NCBI GenBank assembly: GCA_964455195.1 | Contig: CAYVUY010000001.1 | Span: 3,642 to 67,641 of the forward strand | Length of the DNA stretch: 64,000 nt | DNA from: an uncultured Candidatus Saccharibacteria bacterium | GTDB taxonomy: Bacteria; Patescibacteriota; Minisyncoccia; Phycocordibacterales; UBA5272 | Reading direction: 5' to 3' | Notes under the pieces: model-generated | Database searches by the model: none | What the model saw: only the letters and a program-made list of their open reading frames with translations | What the model was told of the DNA's origin: nothing | Program-made: the position numbers and the translations under genes | Shown: in pieces, positions 18,548-27,446 of the stretch | Layout: each line of letters begins with the position of its first letter | Position numbering within the stretch: position 1 is the first letter of the stretch

Positions 18548-18999
18548 AGTTCTTCTATCATAATTACTCTATCGGCATGACGTTCTTGATGTGAGAATGG
18601 AGTGGACAAGAATACTTCTACAGCTTTCTTAGTGTCATCAAAATTAACGAATCGCGCACCAATAGAGAGTACATTCGCATCATTGTGCTCGCGTGAGAGT
18701 TTCACTAATTCTAAATCACCACCATTATATATTCCGGCACGTACGTGGTGGAAGCGATTTGCTACTATCGCCTCTCCCGTACCAGAGCCACCGAAGATAA
18801 TGGCCATAGAAGGTTCATGCATTGCATCATCTTGCACCGCCTTGGCAGCAATAGCCATATATTTAGGATAGTCATCACCATCTATGTAGGATTCTGCTCC
18901 GCAATCCACAACAGAATATTCACTCTTTTCAGAAAGCCAATTCTTAACTTGTTCTTTTAATTCAAAACCTGCGTGGTCAGTAGCTAAATATAATTTCAT
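18538..18999 (-). CDS. rpiB: Ribose-5-phosphate isomerase B
   Basis: MKLYLATDHAGFELKE ... IFGGSGTGEAIVANR ... NDANVLSIGARF. Confidence 0.9.
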   Translation of the reverse strand: MKLYLATDHAGFELKEQVKNWLSEKSEYSVVDCGAESYIDGDDYPKYMAIAAKAVQDDAMHEPSMAIIFGGSGTGEAIVANRFHHVRAGIYNGGDLELVKLSREHNDANVLSIGARFVNFDDTKKAVEVFLSTPFSHQERHADRVIMIEELCK

Positions 19000-19023
19000 A
19001 TCCTATAAGTATATCTTAATCCT

Positions 19024-19230
19024 TCAGTTAATTACAAAATATAACAACTGTTCTAATGTAATAAATTCATAGCCCATGTACCCACCGAAATTTTCTTCAT
19101 AACAACCTTTGTAATTACAGGGCGTATAGCTTGTTTGAATAAAAGCTCTATGAGGAATTATCGGTATGAATAAAGACAAGGCTAAAAAAACACAACTACA
19201 ACTAAAAAGTGTGATTAACACCCTCTTCAT
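19024..19230 (-). CDS. Small hypothetical secreted peptide, 68 aa
   Basis: N-terminal signal-like hydrophobic segment. Fills the gap between rpiB and gap. Confidence 0.3.
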   Translation of the reverse strand: MKRVLITLFSCSCVFLALSLFIPIIPHRAFIQTSYTPCNYKGCYEENFGGYMGYEFITLEQLLYFVIN

Positions 19231-19232
19231 CT

Positions 19233-20303
19233 TTATTTCTTTATTGCAGCTCCTGCCTTTGCTACGTGCTCAACAAGTGTATGAGTGTATCCCATTTCAT
19301 TGTCATACCACGCAAGAACTTTCACGAGATTACCACCTACTACGCGAGTCATATTAAGATCAGCGATAGAAGCAAAAGGGAGTCCTAGAATATCTGATGA
19401 TACGAGTTCTTCTTCTGTTACTGCAAAAACCGTCTTCCACTTATCTGTAACCGCAGCATCAGAAAGAACTTTATTAATTTCTTCCTTAGTAGTTGGTTTC
19501 TTAGAGATAAAGGTGACATCCACTATTGATCCTGCTGGCACTGGCACGCGAATAGAAATACCATCGAATAGTCCTTCTAGTTTAGTGAAGGCCTTAGTAA
19601 CGGCAATAGCAGCACCAGTTGATGTTGGCACTATGTTTTGTGCAGCAGCGCGACCTTCACGGAAGTCTTTTTTAGGACCATCAACTATTGATTGAGATGC
19701 TGTGTAAGCATGTGTGGTACTTAGAATCGCTTTTTCTATTCCGAATGCTTCGTCGAGAATCGCGATAAGTGGAGATGATGCGTTCGTTGTACAAGATGCA
19801 TTAGAAGTAACTTGGCACGTACCGAATTTTTCTTCATTTACAGACATAAGGATTGTCTCACCCGGAACTTCTACCTCCCCTTTCTTAGCTGGAGCAGAAA
19901 TAACCACATGCTTAGCCCCTGCATCGATGTGAGCATGAGCCTTGTCATAGGTAACGAAGAGACCTGTACTTTCAAGCGCTACATCAATATCCATGTCTTT
20001 CCAAGGAAGTTCCTTTGGATCCTTCACTTGTGTAACCCGAATCTTCCTTTTCATGTCAGCATCAGTAATTACTAAATACTGTTCAGTAGGAGAAACGACT
20101 TCCGCAGTAACATCAAATGGTGATACACGATACACGGTATCGTATTGAAGAAGGTAGGCTAGATTATTAATATCCCCCAAGTCATTCACAGCGACAACTT
20201 CCATATCTGTTCTCGCAAGTGACATTTTTAAAAAGGCACGTCCTATTCGCCCGAAACCGTTGATAGCTATTTTTAATGGTTGCATATCTAAAGAGTGTAG
20301 CAC
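19233..20303 (-). CDS. gap: Glyceraldehyde-3-phosphate dehydrogenase
   Basis: INGFGRIGR ... ASCTTN active-site motif. Confidence 0.95.
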   Translation of the reverse strand: MLHSLDMQPLKIAINGFGRIGRAFLKMSLARTDMEVVAVNDLGDINNLAYLLQYDTVYRVSPFDVTAEVVSPTEQYLVITDADMKRKIRVTQVKDPKELPWKDMDIDVALESTGLFVTYDKAHAHIDAGAKHVVISAPAKKGEVEVPGETILMSVNEEKFGTCQVTSNASCTTNASSPLIAILDEAFGIEKAILSTTHAYTASQSIVDGPKKDFREGRAAAQNIVPTSTGAAIAVTKAFTKLEGLFDGISIRVPVPAGSIVDVTFISKKPTTKEEINKVLSDAAVTDKWKTVFAVTEEELVSSDILGLPFASIADLNMTRVVGGNLVKVLAWYDNEMGYTHTLVEHVAKAGAAIKK

Positions 20304-20336
20304 TTCTAGGGAAACCTGAGTGTGGAATACTTCTAC

Positions 20337-20975
20337 CTAGAATGCACTATCTATGGTGGTTGTTGAATACTTTTCTGTACTGTAGACTGCCCCCTTACTG
20401 TTATAACACTTCTCTTCTACCTGCTTAGCGGTAATCCATCCTGATGTTCCTGTTATTTTAACAATATATGATGTTGTATTCTTGCAATCCCCTGCTCCTC
20501 CTATAGTTACTATTTCAAATGTTGCCGGGTCAAGAAGTTTAATAGAACTAAACTCATTCTCTCCGAACCCTCTCATCAAGAGTAGATGTGGTGTTAAGCG
20601 TGTATCGCCTTTATGAGCACTTACATTCCAATAGAATGAACATGGTCCTGTCGTACGCGTACCGCATGAAGCCTTCTTAGTTCCTTGATCAAGAACGGTG
20701 ATGGTTCCACTTCTCATACCTGTACTATCGATATATGGAATACTTTCCACCACGTCCGCTGGGTTATATCTATTTAAATTATTACTCATCATTACTCTAC
20801 TTAAATAATATCTATACTGCATCTCCTTTTGGAAAACATGACGCCCTTGTAGAGCAAACCCAAGTACTATAAAAATTAAACCTGCCAAAACGAAAATACT
20901 CCCATGGTGACGAGATTTTGGAATAAAAGGAAGTGATGGGATATTTCGAAAAAACGAAGCTGTCTTTTTAATCAT
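20337..20975 (-). CDS. Hypothetical membrane-anchored protein with extracytoplasmic domain
   Basis: Start chosen at MIKKTASFF. The longer upstream extension would overlap the divergent ABC gene. Confidence 0.5.
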   Translation of the reverse strand: MIKKTASFFRNIPSLPFIPKSRHHGSIFVLAGLIFIVLGFALQGRHVFQKEMQYRYYLSRVMMSNNLNRYNPADVVESIPYIDSTGMRSGTITVLDQGTKKASCGTRTTGPCSFYWNVSAHKGDTRLTPHLLLMRGFGENEFSSIKLLDPATFEIVTIGGAGDCKNTTSYIVKITGTSGWITAKQVEEKCYNSKGAVYSTEKYSTTTIDSAF

Positions 20976-21087
20976 ATACTTAAGTGTATCAGTAAGTTCA
21001 TGTAAGTATATGTAGAAAAAGAGAATTACTGTGTATAAAAAGTCATCTTCTCTGTTTGCGATGTTTTTTGCTATAATTAACCATACT

Positions 21088-21831
21088 ATGAGTGAAATAA
21101 TACTTTCTAATCTTTCTAAATCGTACGGCAAGAAACATGATATTCATGTTGTTAAAAAATTATCATTAACCGTAGAAAAAGGCAGTGTATTCGGATTCAT
21201 TGGACCAAACGGTGCCGGTAAAACTTCCACCATCAAAATGCTCGTTGGACTATCTAAACCCACTTCTGGTTTTATAACCATTGCTGGAGGTACCCCACAT
21301 GATATGAATATAAAGAAACATATTGGATTCATGCCGGAGTCTCCAACCTTCTATCAGTATCTCTCAGGTGGTGAGTTCCTTGGTTTCATCGCCACCATCT
21401 TTAATATAGAAGATAAGGAAAAAAGAATAACCGAAGTACTCAAAAAGGTAAACCTCCTTTCAGCAAAAGATAAGAAAATTCGCACCTATTCCAAAGGAAT
21501 GCTACAACGTCTAGGTCTTGCTCAAGCCATTATTAATGACCCAAGTATTTTATTCCTCGATGAACCACTAGATGGTCTTGACCCATTAGGGCGTGCTGAA
21601 GTAAAGAAAATTATTCTTGAACTCAAAAAAGAAGGTAAAACAGTATTTATCAACACTCACATCTTAGGTGATGTTACCGAGATATGCGATATGGTGGGGA
21701 TTATCGATAACGGAACGATGATTATGGTCGATTCGCCTACCAAGATTGCAACTGGTTATCGAGATCTAGAAGATGCCTTTGTTCATATTATTCAAAAGTC
21801 ACGCGAAGGACACGCAGTACCTAACAAATAA
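21088..21831 (+). CDS. ABC transporter ATP-binding protein
   Basis: Walker A GPNGAGKTS. Signature LSGGEFLG/YSKGMLQRL. Walker B ILFLDEP. Confidence 0.85.
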   Translation: MSEIILSNLSKSYGKKHDIHVVKKLSLTVEKGSVFGFIGPNGAGKTSTIKMLVGLSKPTSGFITIAGGTPHDMNIKKHIGFMPESPTFYQYLSGGEFLGFIATIFNIEDKEKRITEVLKKVNLLSAKDKKIRTYSKGMLQRLGLAQAIINDPSILFLDEPLDGLDPLGRAEVKKIILELKKEGKTVFINTHILGDVTEICDMVGIIDNGTMIMVDSPTKIATGYRDLEDAFVHIIQKSREGHAVPNK

Positions 21832-21835
21832 CACT

Positions 21836-22606
21836 ATGTTTAAAAATATATTTGCCATAGCCCAAAATACATTCCGCGAAACAATTCGTGACCGAATATT
21901 ACTTTCTGCCTCAGCTGTAATAGTTGCTATTATACTTTTCAGTCTTTTTATAGCTTCAATCTCACTGGAACAAAGCAGTAAAATGATTGTAGATTTCAGT
22001 GTAACCGCTATTTATATACTTCAGGTATTCGTAGCTATTTTCATAGGTTCTATGCTTATTTATAAAGAAGTAGAACGTAAAACATTTTTTTTAATTCTTC
22101 CTAAACCAATAAAAACTTCCGAAATTATTCTTGGTAAATGCCTCGGACTTGTGACCACTACAGCGCTTGTTACATTACTCTCCACATGTGTACTCTTCGC
22201 GATACTTTTCTTCCAAGGGGAACATGGACTATTCTTAGCTATTGGTATTTCTCTTTTCTTAAGTGTTCTTGAATCAATAATTCTTATTCTCATCTCAATC
22301 CTATTTTCTGGATTGACTTCCCCTATTCTCTCTGCGGTATTTACTATTTCTATTTTCTTAGCGGGGCACTCTAGCGAAATACTTAGAACAATTTTCATGA
22401 AGAATGACTTCGTCGTTACATCTTATATAGCAAAAGCTGCATATTATCTCTTGCCTAATTTAGAAAAGTTCAATATTCGTAACGACATCGTTTATGGTTC
22501 TCTGCCAAGTACACACCTTATTATTCTTACTTGTATTTATGCGTTTTGCTATTCTCTTTTCCTTTTCTTACTTGCTCAAGCGATGTTGAAGCGTAAAGAT
22601 TTCTAA
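21836..22606 (+). CDS. ABC-2 type transporter permease
   Basis: Six hydrophobic segments. Immediately downstream of the ABC ATPase. Confidence 0.7.
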   Translation: MFKNIFAIAQNTFRETIRDRILLSASAVIVAIILFSLFIASISLEQSSKMIVDFSVTAIYILQVFVAIFIGSMLIYKEVERKTFFLILPKPIKTSEIILGKCLGLVTTTALVTLLSTCVLFAILFFQGEHGLFLAIGISLFLSVLESIILILISILFSGLTSPILSAVFTISIFLAGHSSEILRTIFMKNDFVVTSYIAKAAYYLLPNLEKFNIRNDIVYGSLPSTHLIILTCIYAFCYSLFLFLLAQAMLKRKDF

Positions 22607-22608
22607 TT

Positions 22609-23460
22609 ATGAAACTACGCAGTACCACATTACAACCAATACTCTTTGCTGGGTTACTTGTAGTTCTACTTACCCTTTCAGCTCTTACTCAAGTACGCTT
22701 TGATGAAGCTTCGAAACCTTTTAGTTTTAAATTAGAAGCTATCGATAGACATATTATTCCCTATCAATTACTTAAACACGTTAATTTCGGATTCTCTAGC
22801 ATCATGGCTGATTACTACTGGATAATGGCAGTGCAAGACCTTTCACATTGGAATAATAAAGATATATTCTATCTTGAGTATTTCAAAAATATTGCAACGC
22901 TAGATCCGAGATTCGAATACCCATTCCTTTTCGGAATATTCGTTGTCCCTAATGAAAAGTCTCCGGAGCTATTAGATAAGATAGCAGAGATATCAGAAGA
23001 TGTAATGACGGCGCTTCCTGATGACTGGGCAATACCGTTTTACTTAAGTACAAAATATAAGACACTTACGAAAAATCTTGAAAGAACCGAACACTATCTT
23101 TTTATTGCTCAATCCAAAAAAGAAGCTCCAAATGTCGTACATGTTGTATATAATGGATTTATAACTAATCAAACAAAAGAGCGTACTGCGATTAGTCAAA
23201 TGATAAAAGTGATTTATGACACTACTGATAACGAAACGATTAAGAAATTAGCCGCGAAAGGAATACTTATAAATGAACTTAATGGGAAAATAGAAGAAGC
23301 AATAGCAAAGTTCAAAATTAAATACGGAGAGTTCCCTGCTAATTATGATGCACTAGAGAAAACTTCTATCTTAACACTTCCGCAAGAGATTAAAGATGCT
23401 TTTAGTGTAGAGATATATAAAGATGGGAGTTTTAGATTGGTAGAGAAAGCAGAAAACTAA
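22609..23460 (+). CDS. Hypothetical membrane-anchored protein, same operon as the ABC transporter
   Basis: N-terminal TM. No recognised domain. Confidence 0.5.
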   Translation: MKLRSTTLQPILFAGLLVVLLTLSALTQVRFDEASKPFSFKLEAIDRHIIPYQLLKHVNFGFSSIMADYYWIMAVQDLSHWNNKDIFYLEYFKNIATLDPRFEYPFLFGIFVVPNEKSPELLDKIAEISEDVMTALPDDWAIPFYLSTKYKTLTKNLERTEHYLFIAQSKKEAPNVVHVVYNGFITNQTKERTAISQMIKVIYDTTDNETIKKLAAKGILINELNGKIEEAIAKFKIKYGEFPANYDALEKTSILTLPQEIKDAFSVEIYKDGSFRLVEKAEN

Positions 23461-23461
23461 A

Positions 23462-23502
23462 CAAAACAAAAATCACAACATTATGTTGTGATTTTTGTTT
23501 TG
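23462..23502. terminator. Long perfect hairpin (about 19-bp stem) with A/T arms
   Basis: caaaacaaaaatcacaacat-tatg-ttgtgatttttgttttg. Abuts the tRNA-Trp 3' end. Confidence 0.6.
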
Positions 23503-23504
23503 TG

Positions 23505-23575
23505 CGCGCCCACTTGGGATCGAACCAAGGTCGTCGGTTTTGGAGACCGAAATTCTACCGCTGAACTATAGGCGC
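23505..23575 (-). tRNA. trnW: tRNA-Trp (anticodon CCA)
   Basis: Reverse complement GCGCCUAUAGUUCAGCGGUAGAAUUUCGGUCUCCAAAACCGACGACCUUGGUUCGAUCCCAAGUGGGCGCG folds as a cloverleaf. 7-bp acceptor, D stem GUUC/GAAU, anticodon stem UCGGU/ACCGA with loop CUCCAAA, T arm CUUGG-UUCGAUC-CCAAG. Confidence 0.85.
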
Positions 23576-23726
23576 ATACAATGTTGGGGTGAGCTACACT
23601 TCTTCTGAAGTGACGAGTGGAGCATTCCTGCAGCCACTCACATAAAGCACTGTCAGTCAATCGAGTGCCGAAGCACGGCAAGAGAGCTTCCATGCAATAA
23701 GGCTCAACCCAACGTATACAGACTAA

Positions 23727-23757
23727 CAAAAAATCGCTGTTTTGAACAGCGATTTTT
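23727..23757. terminator. Bidirectional intrinsic terminator
   Basis: aaaaaatcgctgtt-ttga-acagcgatttttt. Confidence 0.6.
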
Positions 23758-23774
23758 TGTTAGGCATTTTAATA

Positions 23775-24146
23775 TTAATTAGGTTGATTCATTCCAGGAA
23801 CTGGAGGAACCTTCACTCGAGCATAAGGATCGATATTAAGAGTGCCTTGCATGAAAGAAATAATTCCCCAGATTGATACCATTACGAAAAGCGAAACCAC
23901 AGAATAAATCATGAATTGTTTTGCTTTTGCAACAGCCTCACCCCCTTCTCTTCCTTTCCAAATAAAGACTACAAGTCCGTAGAAGAAACACACCATTGCA
24001 ACCCCCATAAGTAATGTTACAAGTTGTGCAACAGCTCCTTGAGCAGTTCCTAAGAGGCTAGAGAGTGGATTATACCCTTGAGCAAGTGCTAATCCTGTTC
24101 CAGCTAAAGCACTTAATGCAGTAATGCTAATAGTTTTTATTTTCAT
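23775..24146 (-). CDS. Small secreted two-TM protein, VirB2/TrbC-like pilin-like family member P1
   Basis: Sec signal with ALAQG cleavage motif. TM1 ...CFFYGLVVFIW, charged loop KGREGGEAVAKAK, TM2 ...SLFVMVSIWGIISF. Confidence 0.6.
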   Translation of the reverse strand: MKIKTISITALSALAGTGLALAQGYNPLSSLLGTAQGAVAQLVTLLMGVAMVCFFYGLVVFIWKGREGGEAVAKAKQFMIYSVVSLFVMVSIWGIISFMQGTLNIDPYARVKVPPVPGMNQPN

Positions 24147-24192
24147 ATATTTTATAGTATCTAAAAAGTATATAAGCTATTTATAGCTAGCG

Positions 24193-24229
24193 CAAGGAAA
24201 AACCCACCTTTTAGGTGGGTTTTTCCTTG
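24193..24229. terminator. Bidirectional intrinsic terminator downstream of rpmG
   Basis: caaggaaaaacccacc-tttta-ggtgggtttttccttg. Confidence 0.6.
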
Positions 24230-24242
24230 TCATAGAAATGAA

Positions 24243-24374
24243 TTACTTCTTTGATTCCTTGAAAGTAACGTGTTTACGTAGCTTCTTAGAATATTTCTTG
24301 AGCTCGAGCTTACGCTGAACTTGCTTCTTGTTCTTTGTAGTGTGGTAAACCTCCTTGGTTTCCTTGTTTTTCAT
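24243..24374 (-). CDS. rpmG: 50S ribosomal protein L33, 43 aa. Below the ORF-track length cutoff.
   Basis: Translation MKNKETKEVYHTTKNKKQVQRKLELKKYSKKLRKHVTFKESKK matches the bL33 consensus (Y.T.KNK....LEL.KY....KH....E.K). Confidence 0.8.
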   Translation of the reverse strand: MKNKETKEVYHTTKNKKQVQRKLELKKYSKKLRKHVTFKESKK

Positions 24375-24452
24375 TATAAGGAGATGGTCTTGGATCTTCG
24401 TCATAGTTATAGAATAATACAGTATTTTGAGCTAATTTGCAAGAGACCTTTA

Positions 24453-25856
24453 CTAGACAAGCTTTTCCATCAAATACGCCTCTAATGTATCTATCGAGAT
24501 TCTCACCTGCTCCATTGTGTCGCGGTCGCGCACAGTAACAGCATTATCGGTAAGAGAATCGAAATCAAAGGTAACGCAATATGGTGTTCCTATTTCATCC
24601 TGACGGCGATAACGTTTCCCGATAGACTGCGTCTCATCATATTCTGTAAAAAACTTCTTTGAGAGCTTTTGCCATATCTCGGCTGCTGGCTTAGTTAGTT
24701 CTTCTTTTTTGGAAAGTGGAAGTATTGCAACCTTAACTGGAGCAATGCGCTTGTCGAATTTCAATACTACACGAGAATCATCCCCTATGACTTCTTCTGT
24801 GTATGCACTGTCAATGAAAGCAAGTGCCATACGTGCAAGTCCAACCGATGTTTCTACGATATGTGGTATGAATCTCTCACGTGTCGCTTCATCGAAATAT
24901 GAGAGATCTTGTCCTGAAAACTTACTGTGTTGGGTTAAGTCCCATGCTCCACGTGCATGTACTCCTTCTAATTCTTTAAACCCTCCTAACATCTTGTAAT
25001 CATACTCAATATCATAGGCTTCACTTGCATAATGAGCTAATTTTTCATGTTTATACCAATGTAATCTAGCTTCTGGAATACCATACTTAAGATAAAATTC
25101 CCAACGTGTTTGTTGCCATGCCTTAAAAATTTCTGCGGTTTGAGATTGATGATGGAAATATTGCATTTCCATTTGTTCAAATTCACGTGTTCTAAACACG
25201 AATTGTTTCGCAACAATTTCATTACGAAATGCTTTACCAATTTGAGCTATACCGAACGGTAGTTTTGGATGGAGGCTATCTAATGTATTTTTATATTCAA
25301 GATATATTCCTCCGCAAGTTTCAGGACGAAGATACATTACGTTCTCATCTGATAGCTCGTCTACAGGAGAACCAAGGTTAGACTTTACCATGAGAGAAAA
25401 TCTGCGTGCGGGAGTAAGGTCTGCTGAACCACAATTAGTACACACAAGTTTCTTCTCGTCTCTTAACTTATCCAACTCAACATTAATCCATTCGATAGAT
25501 TGCTTATCAGCCTGAATACCAAAACTTTCAAGAACATGATCTGCTCGGAAGCGATTATTACACTTACGACAATCAATTTGAGGATCATCGAATCCATCTA
25601 TATGCCCTGATGCTTTCCACGCTGTAGGGTGCATGAAAATAGCACTATCTAATCCAACAACATCTAATCTTTCCTGAACCATTGATTTCCACCATTCTTG
25701 TTTTATATTATTTAAAAGCAACGTTCCATAATGTCCATAATCATACACACCAGAAAGACCTCCATAAATTTCTGACGACGGGAAAATAAACCCTCTTCGT
25801 TTACAAAGTGAGACTATCGCTTCCATCGTATCTTGTGTTGATTGTTGTGTAGTCAT
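24453..25856 (-). CDS. glyQS: Glycine--tRNA ligase, homodimeric (alpha2) class II type
   Basis: RRGFIFPSSEIYGGLSGVYDYGHYG N-terminal signature. Class II motifs. Confidence 0.9.
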   Translation of the reverse strand: MTTQQSTQDTMEAIVSLCKRRGFIFPSSEIYGGLSGVYDYGHYGTLLLNNIKQEWWKSMVQERLDVVGLDSAIFMHPTAWKASGHIDGFDDPQIDCRKCNNRFRADHVLESFGIQADKQSIEWINVELDKLRDEKKLVCTNCGSADLTPARRFSLMVKSNLGSPVDELSDENVMYLRPETCGGIYLEYKNTLDSLHPKLPFGIAQIGKAFRNEIVAKQFVFRTREFEQMEMQYFHHQSQTAEIFKAWQQTRWEFYLKYGIPEARLHWYKHEKLAHYASEAYDIEYDYKMLGGFKELEGVHARGAWDLTQHSKFSGQDLSYFDEATRERFIPHIVETSVGLARMALAFIDSAYTEEVIGDDSRVVLKFDKRIAPVKVAILPLSKKEELTKPAAEIWQKLSKKFFTEYDETQSIGKRYRRQDEIGTPYCVTFDFDSLTDNAVTVRDRDTMEQVRISIDTLEAYLMEKLV

Positions 25857-25900
25857 GTATATATACGATACTAATATAAGCTTCTAAATAATTCAAATAA

Positions 25901-26155
25901 CTAGAAAGTAAATATTCCTGTGAATACTCCACTAAAAAGTTTGAAAAGTCCTCCAACAGAAAACATAATGAATAGTCCAATACCTCCCCAAAGAAGATGC
26001 TCCCTGGCTTTGTCTCTTACATCTGGGTTGTTCATCTGCCACATATACCACATCACACCAAAAAGAAAATATGCAAATGTTGCTCCTAGGAATAACTGGT
26101 AAAGTGGAACGAATACACTATTAATAAATTTGGTTAGCAAATCTGTTCCATCCAT
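25901..26155 (-). CDS. Small two-TM membrane protein related to the pilin-like family (P2). No obvious signal peptide.
   Basis: TM1 ...YFLFGVMWYMW, loop NNPDVRDKAREH, TM2 GIGLFIMFSVGG. Same spacing as P1/P3/P4. Confidence 0.5.
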   Translation of the reverse strand: MDGTDLLTKFINSVFVPLYQLFLGATFAYFLFGVMWYMWQMNNPDVRDKAREHLLWGGIGLFIMFSVGGLFKLFSGVFTGIFTF

Positions 26156-26172
26156 AATTACTATAGTGTACT

Positions 26173-26216
26173 ACAAAACAAAAATGATGTCGCTTCGCGA
26201 CATCATTTTTGTTTGT
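26173..26216. terminator. Long A/T-armed hairpin terminator
   Basis: acaaaacaaaaatgatgtcgc-ttcg-cgacatcatttttgtttgt. Confidence 0.55.
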
Positions 26217-26233
26217 GAGAACTTAAAAGTATA

Positions 26234-26650
26234 TTAACAACGTGTTGAACCTGGAACACAAGGTACTGGAACACCTCCACCTTGTCCTACTCCTACGATA
26301 GATCCAAGGAAGTTTACAATTCCCCAGATTGATACCATCACGAAGAGTCCAAGTATTGCCATTCCCATGAACTTTGCCCACTTCTCATGTTCACCTCCAT
26401 CCTTCTTGCCGAACATGAATCCTATAACTCCAACGAAAAGTGCGATAACTCCCACACCGATAAGTAAAGGAACAAGTGTACTTACTACAGCTTGACCAAG
26501 TCCCAAGAGACTAAGCACACTTTGTCCGATAGCTTGACCTGAAGCATTAGTTCCTCCGGATTGGATAACTTGTCCAGGAACGACACCCTGAGCAAGAGCA
26601 TATCCGACTCCTGCTAACGTCATACTAATTGTTGTTATTATTTTTTTCAT
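26234..26650 (-). CDS. Pilin-like family member P3 (signal peptide plus two TM, ends with Cys-containing tail)
   Basis: ALAQG cleavage motif. ...ALFVGVIGFMFGKKDGGEHEKWAKFMGMAILGLFVMVSIWGIVNF. C-terminal PCVPGSTRC. Confidence 0.6.
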   Translation of the reverse strand: MKKIITTISMTLAGVGYALAQGVVPGQVIQSGGTNASGQAIGQSVLSLLGLGQAVVSTLVPLLIGVGVIALFVGVIGFMFGKKDGGEHEKWAKFMGMAILGLFVMVSIWGIVNFLGSIVGVGQGGGVPVPCVPGSTRC

Positions 26651-26732
26651 ACTTTTTAATTATTACTTAAGTATATGCTTAATTTCAATGAAAACAAGGT
26701 GGATAAGGGAGTTACGATTGATTTATAAGGGA

Positions 26733-27446
26733 TTATGGCCCGACCGTTGACCCTGAGACACATGTGCCAGTATTCGGATCGAAGTTAGTTCCATTAGAGC
26801 ATCCACAGGTTCCAGTATCCATATCAAGAGGCACACAAGAAAGTCCAGATTTACAACTATTAGCACCGCTTATTGCACACGACGCTCCGAAGTCGCCCGC
26901 CCCTGCACCTGAAGAGCTAGTAGTTCTTGTGTAGTCAACCTTACAAAATCCTCCTGCACATGAACATCCATACCCAGCTGGAGCTATACAGGTACTACAT
27001 GGATTACCTTCAGGACAAGAGGAATTAGTGCTTGGACCTCCAGAAGAAGGTGTTGAGCCAGTAGGTGTGGTGCCTGTTTTACTGAATCCAAATGTTGGTA
27101 ATTGAATAACACTTACATCTCCATCTATTCCTATAGTTCTTTGTGCATAACGAATAATTCCCCAGATAGAAACCATGACGAAAAGTGATATAACTCCCCA
27201 GAGCATGAATTGACGGCCATTAGCCATCTTAGTAACTTCTCCGGTACGGGATGCAAAAATAAAAATTGCCATTCCATAAAAGAACGCAGTGGTGGCAAGT
27301 GCCATGAAGAGTGTAGCGAGTGCGGAGACAATATTAGCATTGATTGACGATATAGTCGATCCGAAATCTGTAATCTTATCAGCAGAAGCGATAAGCGGAG
27401 TGAGAGCACTTAAAAATAGTGTTGAAAATAATAATTGTTTTTTCAT
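26733..27446 (-). CDS. Pilin-like family member P4 with a roughly 100-aa disulfide-rich (16 Cys) C-terminal extension
   Basis: Start at MKKQLLFSTLFLSALTPLIASA (signal peptide). AFFYGMAIFIFASRTGEVTKMANGRQFMLWGVISLFVMVSIWGIIRY. Tail CPEGNPCSTCIAPAGYGCSCAGGFCKV...CGCSNGT. Confidence 0.6.
   Translation of the reverse strand: MKKQLLFSTLFLSALTPLIASADKITDFGSTISSINANIVSALATLFMALATTAFFYGMAIFIFASRTGEVTKMANGRQFMLWGVISLFVMVSIWGIIRYAQRTIGIDGDVSVIQLPTFGFSKTGTTPTGSTPSSGGPSTNSSCPEGNPCSTCIAPAGYGCSCAGGFCKVDYTRTTSSSGAGAGDFGASCAISGANSCKSGLSCVPLDMDTGTCGCSNGTNFDPNTGTCVSGSTVGP

Noticed and set aside
23576-23728. SRP (4.5S) RNA identity for the structured segment upstream of tRNA-Trp
   Set aside because: A GGAA loop is present, but the conserved domain IV internal-loop motifs could not be matched. 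It is left as an unassigned candidate RNA.
23481-23729. 82-aa minus-strand ORF from the track
   Set aside because: It is entirely accounted for by tRNA-Trp (23505-23575) and its structured upstream region. It is GC-rich, non-coding-looking, and open in this frame by chance.
24379-24483. Plus-strand mini-ORF with a perfect AAGGAG RBS (MVLDLRHSYRIIQYFELICKRPLLDKLFHQIRL)
   Set aside because: It overlaps the rpmG start and the glyQS 3' end on the opposite strand. It has no recognisable features and is probably fortuitous.
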